64,000 nt of DNA from Camelus dromedarius (GCF_036321535.1 NC_087438.1:11224001-11288000), one strand, 5' to 3'. Positions 27,021-40,959 are shown, numbered from the stretch's first letter. Notes: generated by a model from the sequence alone, not told the origin. A program made the numbers and translations.

Positions 27021-27293
27021 AATACTACTTGACCATAAAAAAGAATGAAATTTTGCCATTTGCAGCAACATGGACGAACTTGGAAGGCATTATGCTGAGT
27101 GGTAAATGTCAGACAGAGAAAGACAAATACTGTATGATATCACTTATATGTCGAATCTAAAAAATACAACAAACTAGTGAATATAACAAAAAAGAAGCAG
27201 ACTCACAGATGCAGAGAACAAACTAGTGGTTACCAGTGGGAAGGGCAGTCAATCTGGAGTATGGGAGGGGGAGGTATAAACTATTGGGTGTAA
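26450..27293 (-). mobile_element. 5'-inverted L1: antisense 3' end (about 26450-26562) plus sense ORF2/3'UTR piece (about 26563-27293)
   Basis: The sense piece ends attgggtgtaa. The reverse complement of the antisense piece begins near ctcaaggatgtattgtacaacatgggg, its natural continuation. Confidence 0.85.
26945..27018. repeat. (CA)37 perfect microsatellite
   Basis: Directly visible. Confidence 0.98.
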
Positions 27294-27294
27294 T

Positions 27295-29900
27295 GAATAA
27301 GTTTTCTTTTAATCTTCGTTTGCTGAGAGTTTTTATTATGAATGGATGTTGGATTTTGTCAAATGCTTTTTTTGGCCAGTATTGATCATCTATTGAGATG
27401 ATCATCTGGTTTTTATTTTTCAGTTTTATGAATTAATTAATCACTTTTTGAGTGTTGAACCAATTTTCTATTCCTGGGGAAAAAGCCACTTGCTCATGAT
27501 GGATTATCCTTTTACATTTTGCTGGATTTAATTTGTTATTTTGTTAAGGAGTTTTTTTTTTTAAATCCATGTTTGTTTGTGAGGGATTTTGGTCTGTCAT
27601 TTTTCTTATCTTGAACTATCTTTGGTTTTGGTGTAAGGATAATGCTGAGCTCCTAACATGTGTTGAGAAGCATTCTTTTATCCTATATTTTCTGGGAGAA
27701 CTTGTGTCTAGCTGGTATTATTTCTTTCTTTTTTTTTTTTTTAATGTTTGCTTGGCTTCATTTGTTAAGCATTCTGGACCTGAAGTTTTCTTTGTGGAAA
27801 TATCTTTTAACTATAAATTTAGTTTAATGGTTAAATGGCTAATAAGGTTCTTCAAAGAAATTTGGTAATTCATGTTTCTCACGAAATTTTTCAGTTTCAT
27901 CCATTTTATCAAAATTATTGGCCCAAAGATTCTCAAAATATTATCTTATTATTCTTTCAAGTCTGAAAGATCTGCAATAATGTGTCCTCTTTTGTTACTG
28001 ATATTGGTAATTCTTTCATGGTTTCTCTCTCTTCCTCTTTTCCTTTTGGCCTCTCAGCATATCAGTCTGGCTAAAGGTTTAGCAATTTTACTGATCTTTT
28101 TAAAGGATGAGATTTTGTCGCTTTGTTATTTTGCCATTTCAGTTGTATTGACTTAAGCTCTTACAGTCATTCTTTCTTTCTTTCTTTCTTTCTTTCTTCT
28201 TACTTGGGGTTTAATTTGCTTTTCTTTTTCTAGTAACTTGATGTAGATACTTAAATTATTGATTTAAGAGCCTTCTTTTCTGATGTCAGTGTTTGATGGC
28301 ATAAACAACCTCTAATCACTGCCTGAGCTGCATCCCACAAGTTTTGATATGTATATTTTTATTTTCAATTCATTCCAAATATTTTTTGATTTTGCTTGTG
28401 ACTTCTCATGTGTTGTTCTTTCTAAATACTTTCTTATTTTTTTTCTGTGTATAAAAATATTGGGATTTTTCCATTCTTTCAGTTATTGTCTTCTAGTTTA
28501 ATTCCAATGTCATTAGGAAATGTACTTTGTATGATTTCACTTGTTTTAAATTTGCTAAGATTTGTTTTATGACAGAGTGTTTTCTGTTGGCAAAAGTTTT
28601 GTGTGCTCTTCAATATATATTTAGCTATTTTTGGTTTGAATGTTCTTTAAATGTAAATTAGGTCAATTAAGTGAATAGTATTGTTCAAATCTTCTGTATC
28701 CCCACTAGTTTTTATGGACTTGTTCTATCAATTACTAAGAAAGGGGTGTTGAAGTCTCTTTGTAAACTATGGATTTTTCAATTTCTCTTTGCAGACCTGT
28801 TAGGTGTTGCTTCATATGTTTTGAACCTCTGCTGTTGCAAGCATACACACTTAGGATTATTGTGTCTTCTTAGTGAATTAGTGCTTCATAAAATGTCCCT
28901 CTCTATCTCTGGTAATATTCCTTTATCTGAAATCTGCTTTGCCTGATAAGTAATACAGTCATTCAGAGTTCCTTTTGATTAGTTTTTACATCCATTTTCT
29001 GTAACCTATCTATGTCTTTTTACTTAGGTGGATTTCTTACATACGTCATATAGTTTGGATCTTAGTTAAAAAAATCCCTTTATTGTTTCTTCATTATATT
29101 TTTTCTAATTGGGGTTTTCACACTATTTATGTTTAATGTACTTGTTTATGTGATTGGTTTCATATCTACTATCTTCTTAGTTGTTTTGTTTTACTCCCAT
29201 TTGTTTCTCTTTCCTTTCTCCCTCTTTCTGCCTTCTTTTGTGTTGCTTTGTTGTTTTTTTTTTGTATGATTCATCTTATCGCTACTCTTGTTTTTCCATT
29301 ATCTCTCGTTTTAAATTCTTTATTGGAGGGGGGACTCTCTAGGGTTTACAGAATACATAATTAACTCATTGCAGTCTACCTTCATTTAATACTATAGGGT
29401 TTTATAGATAGTGTAAGAACCTTGAACATCTCTTTCCTCTCTCTTATCCTTTGTGCTATTGTGGCCATGTATTTCATTCCCTTATACATATGTTATAAAC
29501 CCACAAACCATGTAATTCTGTTGCTCAGACGTTCAGTTAACGTTAGAAGTGATTAAAAATAAGAAAAATACCTTTTAATATTGACCTTCACTTTTATCTT
29601 TTATGTAGTTTGCCGTTACCTTTTAAAGGTTCAAAGTTTCATGAAGTATTGTGCCTTCTTTCTGAAGAACTTCCTTAGACATGTTATGTTGTTTTTGGTT
29701 TACACCTTGATAATAAGTTCTTTCAGCTTTTGTTTGGCTAATAAAGTTTTTACTGTGACTTCATTTATGAAAGGTGTTTTCACAGGGTAGGGGGTTCTGG
29801 GCTGACTATTTTTCTTTAGTGCATTAAGGATGTTACTTTATTGTGTTCTGCCTTGCATGGCATCTGGCAAGAAGTTTTTGACATTTCTATCTCAGTATGT
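27295..29900 (-). mobile_element. Old L1M internal ORF2 fragments
   Basis: atgaatggatgttggattttgtcaaatgctttt; gctgcatcccacaagttttgatatg; ggtgttgaagtctc. Confidence 0.85.
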
Positions 29901-30519
29901 TAAAATAGCTTTCTCCCTTCAGTGGCTTAAGGCTTATACTTTTAATAAAAGTAAGATTCAGAACAATGGGGAATGTTCCATGCCTGACCCCAGCAGTAGC
30001 TGAGAAGAGGTGTCTCCATTCTCCCAATCTGCCCCCAGTTTTTACCGTGAGCATCTGGTGGAAGCCAGCAGTAAAAAGGCATATTAATGAGTGAAACTCT
30101 GCTGGTCTTTTGGACTTTTCAGCTATTGTAAGCCAACCCCCTAGTCTAGACGTGGTCTTTAAGACTCCATTGCACTTGTAGCTGATTTCTTCTTACTTAC
30201 TTGCATGGTGGCCACCACTTCCTCCCATGCTCTGCCATAGGCTGTCTCCTGTCTCTTTAGAAATCAATTTCGGCTGCTTTATGAGCTCACTTCTCAGATG
30301 AGGATCGCAGTTTTCTGGCCTTTTCTCATGGCTACGGGAGAAACAACATTATTTTGCAACTTTTTGCATCCTAATTTGCTATGGTTTTGAAGCTGTCTGC
30401 CATCCTGGATGCTCTTTTCTGAACAGATTTCAATTTGTTTACAGTCCACTTAAATTACCCCAAATAAAAATAATGCTTCAGGTGAACAGAGTATTGTAGG
30501 GCATATCCATTGCTATATC

Positions 30520-31270
30520 CTTGTCAGTGTCAGTTCAACTTTTATTACACCATGAGTATCATTGGATCATAATGTGTTTACTGTCAAAATATCTGCCAAG
30601 TCTTTTTCATACATCCTGCCATTGCTAAGCCATTTCTTCCCAACTCTGTATTTTAAACTGTTTTTTTGATCCTTTGAGCAACGTTTTACAAATTGTGATT
30701 TTACGTTATAGTTTGGGAATTAATATAATCTCTTCAGACTACCCAGATTTGGGAGATCCTGATCTTTTATTCAACAGAGTTGCTGTTCCTTCAGTTAGTC
30801 ACGGATGAAACTTGACTAGGTCACAGTTGAGTCCAAAGTGAGATCGGCTAGAAATACCTCCTCCCAAATTTGACATCCATTCATGAATTGGTACGTTCAA
30901 CTTGATAAAATCCACTTAAATGCTCTTGTCTTTATCATTTATTTTTCTTGGTCACACGATTGATTACATTATTCCCTTAATAATCCATATTAATAGCCAT
31001 AGTCTGGAAAGGGCACATGCTCATTTTTTGAAAATCATAACAACATCTGTCCATTTATTGTCATATTCTTCTGGCATCCTTTTCATTTTTTATAATTATT
31101 CCAGCATCGTGTTCAGTGATTTTTAGGTACATGTTTTATTGGTATTCTGGGACATTTTAAACCTGACGCAGAAAACTGGAACTCCCTTGGGTCATAGAGC
31201 AGCTAGTCTTGTGTTGTTTTTCTCTTGTTTGGATTCATATGCATTTACCTATATTTGTTCACCATTTTTA
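30520..31270 (-). mobile_element. L3/CR1 ancient LINE fragment
   Basis: aagtctttttcatacatcctgccattgctaagccatttcttcccaactctgtattt resembles antisense L3. Confidence 0.5.
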
Positions 31271-32074
31271 AGTGGTGGTTCACATGCATTGTCAGGGAAA
31301 ACAAAAATAATGTAGGAGATCTCTCTTTGCCGTTTCTTATTTTCTGTTGGCTCTCAGCACAGCTTTTAGCCCTGACATCTTCATTGATCATTTATTAATT
31401 TGACATTAAGTCTTTGATTTTAACCTCAGTACTCTTTTACAAGTTACATTATGACTTTGTTTGTAAGATTACTCTATGGTAAAAATTCAGACTTCCCTAT
31501 GTACCTTGTTCTAACTTTTTATCAAATAAAAGAGAAAATTTATGGGACTATATTGATGGACTACAGTAAATTCTAGTTGCTCGTTCATCATATTGGAAGC
31601 TTAGGGATAAATGGTAGTAAATATGTACTAACAGCAACGTATAGACTGGATGAAGCAGGCGCTCCATTTGGAGTGTATTCTTTTTTTCCCTTTTTATAGT
31701 TATAATGACTGCCAGAATGTTGATCAAACTTAATTTAAATACATTTGTTTTGGGCCAATTCCACCTGATGGAATCAAAGCTTCACTGTCTGAAGTAAGTA
31801 GACAGTGGCAGGAAAGAAAACACCATTAAATGGTAGCCTACTAGCTGCAGAGCTCTAGTTTCTCAAACTTGAACCTCTTATTCCTGGAAAAGAGGACTGT
31901 AGTTGATAAACTTCAGCAGCGTTTCCTGGAAGTTAGAGTGAGACTCAGTTGTTGCATTTCATTTGGGTACCACTTCGTTCGTCGACGGAAGTGGGCTGGC
32001 CAGTTTGCTCTCTGTTGACCAAGGCTGTGTCTGGCGGGCTCGGCAGTGTAGTTGCCAATTTGGCTTTCACATCA

Positions 32075-32800
32075 CACACATCTGTTATTTTCTTCTCCAG
32101 ACCTGCTTCCCTTTTGTACTTCATCTCTCCCTTTACATCTAGATTCAAACCATCTTCCAAACTTAAAAATCTCAGTCTTGACTCCTCCTTCCTGTGTGCC
32201 AACCTTCAGATGATATCTAGGCCTTTGAGTCTCCCAAAGAGCCCTGAAATCTGTTCTTTCTCCCCTTCATTCCAACCCTTAGACCTTTGATTTGGGCCCC
32301 ATTCCTCTAGCCTGTAGGAGCCTTTCATCTGGGTTTAAATATCTGCCCTGAAATTGTGTAATGTGAGAGGAATAATGTCTTTGAGCCTCTGTTTTCCTCC
32401 TCTTAAAAATGTCAACAGTAATAATACCTATTTCCCAGGTAGCTGGAAATGTTCTGTGAGCACAGTAACCAGGCTAGTAATGAACATCCATTATTTGTAT
32501 CATCACTGCTGCCACTTCCATTATCATCCCCCACCCCATACTGCAAATACAATCTGATCAGTCATCTCTCTACTTAAAATCTACCAGGGGCTCTCATCAG
32601 CTACAAAAGCCAATTCTCACTTCTTAATGAGGCATAAGTGACGCTCTCAATCTTGACTCTCTTTAAAGCCACACCCCTGGACGCATTAAGCTGTTATTTC
32701 TGTCCTTGTCTTTCTACCCGCTAATTGAAACGTTCATATTCCCCTTTTCTACTGACCAGCTCCTACTTTTTTCCTCAAGATTGTATCAGAGCTCTCCGGT
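32075..32800 (+). mobile_element. L2 fragments with an embedded MIR (about 32340-32500)
   Basis: aaaaatctcagtcttgactcctccttcc; gagcctctgttttcctcctcttaaaaatg; aatctgatcagtcatctctctacttaaaa. Confidence 0.6.
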
Positions 32801-32829
32801 TACTTCTCAGTGTCCATTCCCCTGCTTCT

Positions 32830-33240
32830 TTAGTGGTAGAACTTCTAAATTATGGCATGTTTTCATGGGAACCTGTTTTCTTGGAATAAAGAATACATTT
32901 TCCAGAAACTTGGTATGACCATGTGACTAAGTTGTGCCCAGTGTTCAGTAAATGACATTGCACATGTGCCTTCTGGAGGAGATCATTAAAGGGAAGGAGC
33001 ATGCCCATTTCTTTATCCTTTCTTTCTTAGTGTAGACTGATGGCTGGATCTTGAGCAGCCATCTTAGAGCCTGAGGTGGAAAGTCATATTTGAAAGGTGG
33101 CAGCACAGAAAGATAGAAGCAACTTGTATCCCATCTGTCCTGTCCTACTAACCTCCTGGCTGTTAATATGATTAAAAAGCCCAACAATGTACCCAATTTA
33201 TACTGCAATTTTAGGACTTCTACTATTTGTAGCAGAACTC
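32830..33240 (+). mobile_element. Old MaLR LTR (MLT1I/J-like)
   Basis: ccatgtgactaagttgtgcccagtg...gcagccatcttagagcctgagg. Confidence 0.6.
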
Positions 33241-33709
33241 ATTTCTAAAAGATTGAAGACCTAGCTCAAGAGTCATTCTTCAGCTATGCACTCAAAACCT
33301 TTTGTGTATCCTACAGTTATATTTCATATCAAATGACATATCTATGCTTCATTCAGTTCTCTCATCTGTAAAAGAAGGATGAAAATAGAAGAGCCTCCGC
33401 CTGAGGCTTGTTACCTTGAATAACTGAGACAATGCATATAAAATGCTCAGGACCATATCTTACTTAGCGTAAGGGATCAATAAATATGGAGGCTTTATTG
33501 ACATTGTTCTTGTTGTTTCTGTCACTGCCATTTCTGCATCACACACTAGAGAACGACCTCTTCAAAATCTGGATCTTTGTTCTCCCAATGTTCTAGCTCA
33601 GGTTTTGGCGCATTAAGCAGATGTTAATGAAATGCCCTCTGTCAAATGAATTAAAGAAAATGAATGGAACTTGTCAGAGCACTGAAGTGTAGAATTTTAA
33701 CGCATAATA

Positions 33710-34135
33710 TGGTAGCCGGGAAAATGCAATTCTCAGATGTCTTACTGAGGGAAGCATGATTGACTGATGGCTCCAAGTACTGTGCTCTGACCCATCACTG
33801 CACTTACCCTAAGGCTCTGCTTCCCGTGGCTGCTCCCAGCCAATGACCGACCCTACAGGGATACCAGGTGAGACACAGGACTGCTCTATTTTGGCTCTTG
33901 GATTCCTCCCTCTTGGCTTTGCCAAAACTTTTTAAAAACTATGCTACACTGCAGTTTAAGACTCTTTCTACCTTCCTTCTTCCCATCTCTGCTTCACAAG
34001 CATCAGGCATCTTGTTCTGACAACTCTCCCTGTATCCTCCAGCTATTTTCACCTTTTTTCCTTGCAGGTACATTTCCCAATAAATTACTTGCACATCTAA
34101 TCCTGTATATTTCTCGGAGGAACCAAACTGACATA
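33710..34135 (+). mobile_element. ERVL LTR (LTR16C-like)
   Basis: ggaagcatgattgactgatggc...gctgctcccagccaatgac...cccaataaattacttgcacatctaatcc...aactgaca. Confidence 0.8.
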
Positions 34136-34204
34136 TACAGTGGTCATTATTCATATCAACATAATCAATTTAGATTAAGAAAGGAGGCTTGTTTATATAA
34201 ACTT

Positions 34205-34540
34205 CAATATTGTAGTAAATCATTGTTTCAAAGCATTTGCTGCCCCTTCTTGATGGAGGACTATGCATCCCTCTTCATCAGTGCCAAGCTTGGTCACGTC
34301 ATTTCTTCTGCTAATGAAATCTGAGTAGAAGTGATGTTTCTTCCACGTGGAAACTTTGAGACAGACATCTTTTGGTTTGTCTGTTCTCCTTTCTCTGTGC
34401 CACAAAGATCACAGTGCATCCAGACAGAGACTGCCATGAGGGTATGGTCTGCAGTAGACATACAGCATGTGTAACGAGTAAGCTTGTATTATTCATGTTT
34501 GTTATTGCAGCATAACCTTGCCTAAGTAGATTGATATGTG
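34205..34540 (+). mobile_element. Old MaLR LTR (MLT1-like)
   Basis: ggtcacgtcatttcttctgctaatgaaat...tttgttattgcagcataaccttgccta. Confidence 0.65.
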
Positions 34541-34749
34541 TGTTGAATTTTAATTTAGGAGAGCAATCAACTCTAACAGTCTACATTAAGAGCTGAAAGC
34601 GTGACCATTCCATCTGAATCAGGCCAAGAACTTAGTTGAAGTTTCCTGTGAAAGTAAAAGTAACTGATAAAATTTATGATTTTACTATTGATCATATGGA
34701 TGTTTCTTTGGTACATCTCTCTCACTTAAAATTAAGAAGTCTTTCTCCA

Positions 34750-35472
34750 AAAGGGAACTCTCCTACAGTGCTGGTGGGAATGTAGTTTGGTGCAACCACT
34801 TTGGAAAACAGTATGGAGATTCCTCAAAAAACTAAAAATAGACTTACCATATGATCCAGCAATCCCACTTCTGGGTATATATCTGGAGGAAACTCTAATT
34901 CAAAAAGGTATGTGCACCCCAAGGTTCACAGCAGCACTATATACAATAGCCAAGACGTGGAAGCAATGTAAATGTCCATGGACAGATGACTGAATAAAGA
35001 AGTATATTTATACTACAGAATACTACTCAGCCATAAAAAAGAATAAAACAGTGCCATTTGCAGCAACATGGATGGACCTAGAGATCGTCATTCTCAGGGA
35101 AGTAAGCCTGAAAAAGAAAGAAAAATAGCATCTGGTATCACTTATATATGAAATCTAAAAAAAAAAAAAAAGGCACACTATGAACTCATCTATAAAACAG
35201 AAACAAACTCACGCAGACATAGTAAACAATCTTATGGCTACTAGGGAAAGGGGGTAGGAAGGGGTAAATTTGGAAGTTTGAGATTTGCAAATGTTAGCCA
35301 CTATATACAAAAATAGATTAAAAATAAGTTTCTTCTGTATAGCACAGGGAACTATGTTCAATATCTTGTAATAACCTTTAGTAAAAAATATGAAAATGAA
35401 TATATGTATGTATATGCATGACTGGGACATTGTGCTGTACACCAGAAACTGACACATTGTAACTTAAAAAAA
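34750..35472 (+). mobile_element. Young 5'-truncated L1 with 16-bp TSD
   Basis: ORF 34787-34993 ([31 protein letters not shown]). TSD aagaagtctttctcca at 34734-34749 and aagaagtccttctcca at 35473-35488. Confidence 0.95.
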
Positions 35473-38400
35473 AAGAAGTCCTTCTCCATATTTTCACATT
35501 TGTTTTTGTGCTAGGTTTTAGGTCACCTGACTACTTCCTCTAAGATTTCCTTCAGTGCATCAGAACCATCCCACTGGTCAGTGGACACAACATATAGCGC
35601 AGATCTTTAGTTTACTATGTATCCTGACCACAGTCAAAGTCAAAGGAATAAACAACTTATTTGTAATTTCCAAAAAGTTCCTCATCTTTGTACATATATA
35701 GCCCTGCTCCTTCTTATCCTGTCCTTTATCTGATGCGCAATTCTCCCCAAACTTACCCTCTGACCTTACTCCAAGGTGGAGCTGAGTGGAAAGTAGTACT
35801 TTGCATTCTCCTTTAGTTACTGTTTTACTTCATTTGCATAGATCTTCTTCCCTTATTATCGTGATAAGGGAGCCTCCAAGAGTCAAGGTTACTGAGAGTC
35901 ATGCATGTTTTGTTCAATTTCAGCAGGATCTTTGCTCCACTTGAACAATTTCAAGTGTGTTCTCTGCCCCTTCTGTTGTGATTGAAAGAATGCAAAGTTT
36001 CTGTGGCTCTCTGCTTTTTATTTTGTCTGCTTTTCAGTGTGGTTCTATGATCTCCTAGAACAAAATACTCTTTCCTAAACTCATTAACGAAATCTCTTTA
36101 ATTTCACCTAACCCTGATACCATCTTCTCCAGTACAATCAATTCCAATTAAATCAATAATGCCACACTCAGCAGTATTTTTTCTGAAAGTTTTGCCCATA
36201 TTTTTAAATTTAATCCTCTGCTGTGTTAGAAGTACAATGTAAAAACAGAAATTATTTTCTTTTTAAATGAATATTAGGTTGGATTAATGAATACTTGAAA
36301 TTTTTAGGACTCATGATTAAAAGGTTCCCGACTCTGACTTTGGGTTTGAGATGAAACTGACTGCTCTGTGCCTCCAGATGACTCATCTTTAGGTTCAGTG
36401 ACCAAGGAAATGAGTAGCTGTGATCACTGGCCACGGGTTCCAGAGTTATGTTAGGTGTGGTCCATTTGAGAGCTCAGTGCTGAATTGGAAACAAGAAAGA
36501 TGTTTAGATGGCTTGGTTCATTCAACAATATGAATATCCAGCTTTGATTTCTAGGGTCATTTTGAAGGCCTGGTCTGCTCTATTAATGAGGATGTGTGCA
36601 GAGAGAAATATAGAACCTTTTTAAAGCATTTTGAGTGCTTTGAGTCAGCAAGGCATCTTATTAACAGAAGTCTCTTTTGCCGTAAGTGTTTATAGAAAGT
36701 TTGAAACTAGCCCTGTTGGTAGGAGCTACTAATGTTAATAATATTAGCTTCTATACCAATGATCTTAAACTTGGGGGAAAAAAAAACCCTGAATTCATGC
36801 CATGACTAAACTCTGGGTTGTGTCGATAACAGGGACCCCTATTTTTCTTACCTTTTAGGGAAAGAGAAAGCCATGGTTATCTTTACATATATATTGCTTA
36901 GCTATATAAAAATACAACAAAGAGGGATATTTCAAGACATCTTAATGTCTCTAAATGGATTTCTTCCAGGAACATTAGCAAGTAATGCCTTTAAACTACT
37001 TGAAAGAGGTATTATTTTAAAGAGCTTTAACTCTTTGAAATATCCTTAGAGTTTGTTTTATGTGGTTGAAACACTTTTGGCCAGTATTACGTTTCTTTTT
37101 CCTCCTGTTTAAAGTTAGATGTATTAACAGTGTTTTCATTTAGTTTCTAAAAATGATTGTGTTTTCGTCGAGAGATTTTATGCTGGAAATAACGTTCTAG
37201 GAGGTCTTTTAAAATCTGAAATTGTAAATTCAAAACTGATTTTGTAATTTATTTTCCTAAATTTAATTCTTGCCAGTACCTGTCCTTTTTTTTTTTTTTC
37301 CTATTTTGGAAAATGTATTTGATTGCTATTTTTAGCCTCTTTTGAATGTTCTACCAGATTTTCCAGATGATCCAAATATGACTTGAGAGAAATACTGAAA
37401 GGAAATTGAATGGAGTTTCCTTGAGCTTTTAAAATTCATTGAACTTAGAGAAAAATGCTAAATAATCTGACTGAATAATACTCATTCTCATTGATGACTT
37501 ATAATACTTTAGAAGTACAGTCATCTATTAATCATTTAGTTAGCAGAGTAAAGTTTTGGAATGAGTCTTAGTGACTATACTGATGGTAAACATTGATCAT
37601 AAAACGTAGAAACAAATTTCTAAGCATATATTATTCTTCAACATGAATTTTGTCCTTTGGAGTAGTCACATGGTAAGAATTGCACTGATTCCATCATGTT
37701 ACCTCTGCTTAAACAATTTTGGGTCTCATTGGAATTGTCTTTAGACTCTACACCACAGAATAAAATTAATCGTACTCTTAGGTATATTTCATTTTTGACC
37801 CCTAATTGTATCCCCAAGCCTGATCATTTTATTTGTACATCTTGGCTCCTCGTTATTTTTGTAGTATTCAGTAAACACATCTTTAAAGAACAGAGGTTTA
37901 TGTTTTAAATGTTTTAAACTTTGAAATTCCAAAAGGAAGAAGTCCAAAAAAATATGTGACTCAATGGCCGCATACTGGGAAAAGCATGTAATTCCTTGAG
38001 TGAATCACCTTGCAAGTGAGAACATGCATTTGGATATAAGTCTGGCATGCTGGGGAGATCGGTCTCACTGCACTGTGATGTTACAGAGGGGAAATCTAAG
38101 TATAAGCTTTAACGAGTCCTGGTTAGTCAAAAAGAGTTCCACTGCTTGTTAACTGTGTGATACCAGGCATCTTTCTGAATTATTTTCAGAAAGCATTTCC
38201 TCAGCTTGAAGTGGAGTTGTGAGAAGCAGCTTTGCAGATCAGGGTAGGCACTGGTGGTTCTTCAATGCCTAGGGTCACTCCAGGATCAGCAGTGATGCCG
38301 TAAATGAGGCTGGGGCTATCAGAGTATCTGCACGTAGCTCATAGAATGCTTTACTTAACTTCTCGTTGGTTTAGCTCTTTTAGTGGATATCAACTCTTAC

Positions 38401-40314
38401 ATTATGGAAGCAAATAAATATAGGATGAGGTTTCTTGTAAAGTTTTAAGAAGGATCCAACTATTGACTACTTAAAAGTTTGTTGCAAGGAAATCAAAGTT
38501 ATTAAGGGAAAATATTGAAACAATAATCCACTTGTGGCAAGATCTCTGGAGACAGTTGAATTGTACATATAAAGTCTGAGGTTTCTGTTTGGAAAGGAAA
38601 TTCACACTATGAACTATCCCATCACTTGAGGAAGGAACTCCAATCAACAAAACTCACATGGTTTGGAATTTCACAGTTTACCTTAAGAGTTTTTGGGTTT
38701 TACCCTAAGAAGACAAGCAGGGCAAGATTATTAGATTTCAGAGCTATAACAGAACTTCTCCTCCCCTCTCCTTTCGTTAACGTTTAACCTAATCTCTCTT
38801 GACCACAAAAATGCGCTTGATAATTACTTCAGGTAATTTGGGTGTTTTGCCATGTGTGGGAGATTTTAGTGTTGCCTCATATTATCAGAAAGAGTTAAGT
38901 TTTCTTAGTTAACAGGAAGGTTTTTATTTGCTCTGAGAGTATCACAACATTTCTTTCAGATAGATCGTTAGGATTCCAGGACTGACTTCTAGAAGGGCCC
39001 CTTGACTTCACAGTACTGCATCCATGTCTGTTTCCAGTCTTTGCCACGTGAATGAACCTGAGGTCAAAAGACTTTCCTGCAAGACCTCCTTGAACTGCAA
39101 CAGACTGGGTCAGATGGATTATCTGCATTTATTTTGGAACACGCAATAAATCAGCAATCAGATGAATAATGCAGCAGTTGTAGTGCCAGGAATGGGATGT
39201 TAACGCCCTGAAAAAAATAATTGAGTCAAAATATACTTCATATTCAAAATATTAAGTGTTAATATTACTTACATATTAATTGGAGGTATTTTTGTCATAG
39301 TTGAACTTTAAGAAGCAGAATTTTTGTGATATATATTTGTACCCCCTGATTATTAAAAACTGCTATATTTGAAAGTTTTTCTCCTGAATTTAAGCAGTAT
39401 CTGAAATTAATAGAGGGAAGAATACAACTCATTATCTGGGAAATGTTAACAAATAAAACAATCTCATATTATCTCAATTTTTTGGATATTTTGGATCAAA
39501 GTGTTGGCCTGTAAAGGCCTGAGAAGTCTATTTAATTGCTTCCATTGACTATTCCAATTAAGTTATGTAAGTGATCCAAAAAACTTCTTTACTTGCTGAG
39601 CTGAAATAGAAGGTCTTGTTTTGTATGGTTATCTGTTTGGAGGAAGTCAGCAGCAGGAAACCATCTCTGTTGCTTAAGCCTGTTGTACCCTCTGCCCCTG
39701 CTCCTCTCAGTGGGCTTACATTTCCACTATGGCTCATAGATTTGCTAGATTAAATGCCTACTAACATGCAGTCCATAAAATTCCCAGTCTGGGGGTCCTG
39801 AGCTGTCTACCATCTTACTAAGGGCACTGTTGGAAGGATTCTGCGTGTGTTTTGATTGGTTTCAGTAGAACCATTCATTTTATCATGTGAATGTTCACTC
39901 CCTGCCTTGGATTAGATTTTTTTTTTTGGCATCGAACAGAAGCAATGTATGGTTGCTTTATACCTTCATTATTTTCATGGCTGTCAGCTGATAGAACTTG
40001 GCCACTAGAATGGAGTCTAGGATGGTGGCAGCATCACAAGGCTAAGAACACCAGGGAACACTAACCAAGACAGGGTCCTCATAAAAATTTCTACTGCTTC
40101 CAGCTGGCTGTTTGTACTTTCCATGAATCATATCCTCCATATGATTGACTATCTTCATATTCTCTCTCTCCAAGCTTCCTAGATCTGCCCTTCCCATCTG
40201 GAATTAAATGGCCCCATGTAGCACTCATTATTAAGTCTCAATATATCTCGTGTTCTTTGATGTATGTTGGAGCCAGTGATTCTTCTTAAAACCCTTCACT
40301 GACTTATTACATGC

Positions 40315-40603
40315 AATGACCTTTCCCCAACTGTGTTCCGTGTAGCAGTTAAATAACTACTGTTATTTATGTAATGTAACTATTACTCAAAAATTGTTCT
40401 TTGTCTCAGAACTGGGAAAAATATAAGTTGAGAATGGTTCTCTGTGCTGGATATAGGAAACTATAAATATAATAGTAAGAGTTGTGAATTCTCTGGGGTG
40501 GTGATGAGTTGCTTTTGTTTCTTTGTTTTTTAGTTTTTTTTGTTTTTTACATAGAACACCTTCTCAGACTAGTGCTCCATGACACACACTTTGGGAAACA
40601 ATG
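40315..40603. mobile_element. hAT-Charlie non-autonomous DNA transposon remnant
   Basis: Degenerate terminal inverted repeats ctttccccaactgtgttcc and gacacacactttgggaaaca. Confidence 0.55.
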
Positions 40604-40959
40604 GGCTCTAAGATAGTCATAATTACCTTGCATGTCACACAGCTTTTGAAATTCACTTTCTGCTATTCTTGTCCTTTGTACGTTACATATTAGCCTTACC
40701 AGCCTACTTAACCTTCCCCCAAAAGACAACCCTGCTGATTGACCACATGATGTTTCCATCTTCCTAGATTATCCTTCTTCTCAGTTTATCCTTTCCTTCC
40801 AAGCCCTAAGCAAACTTCTACTCATCCTTTAAGATACAACTCAGGGAATCCCTGCTTCAGACAAGTATTCTCTGACAATCCCAAAACAGCACTCAGGAAT
40901 CTATTTTCAGCTCTTCTTTGATGAATAGAATATTCACTTACTGAACGTAATTCACTTTT

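Noticed and set aside
26883..27071. ORF with a VC repeat
   Set aside because: It is the translation of the (CA)n microsatellite within an L1.
34050..34072. ttttttccttgcag|gtac as a recursive splice site
   Set aside because: It lies inside an LTR16C-like repeat and the donor is poor.
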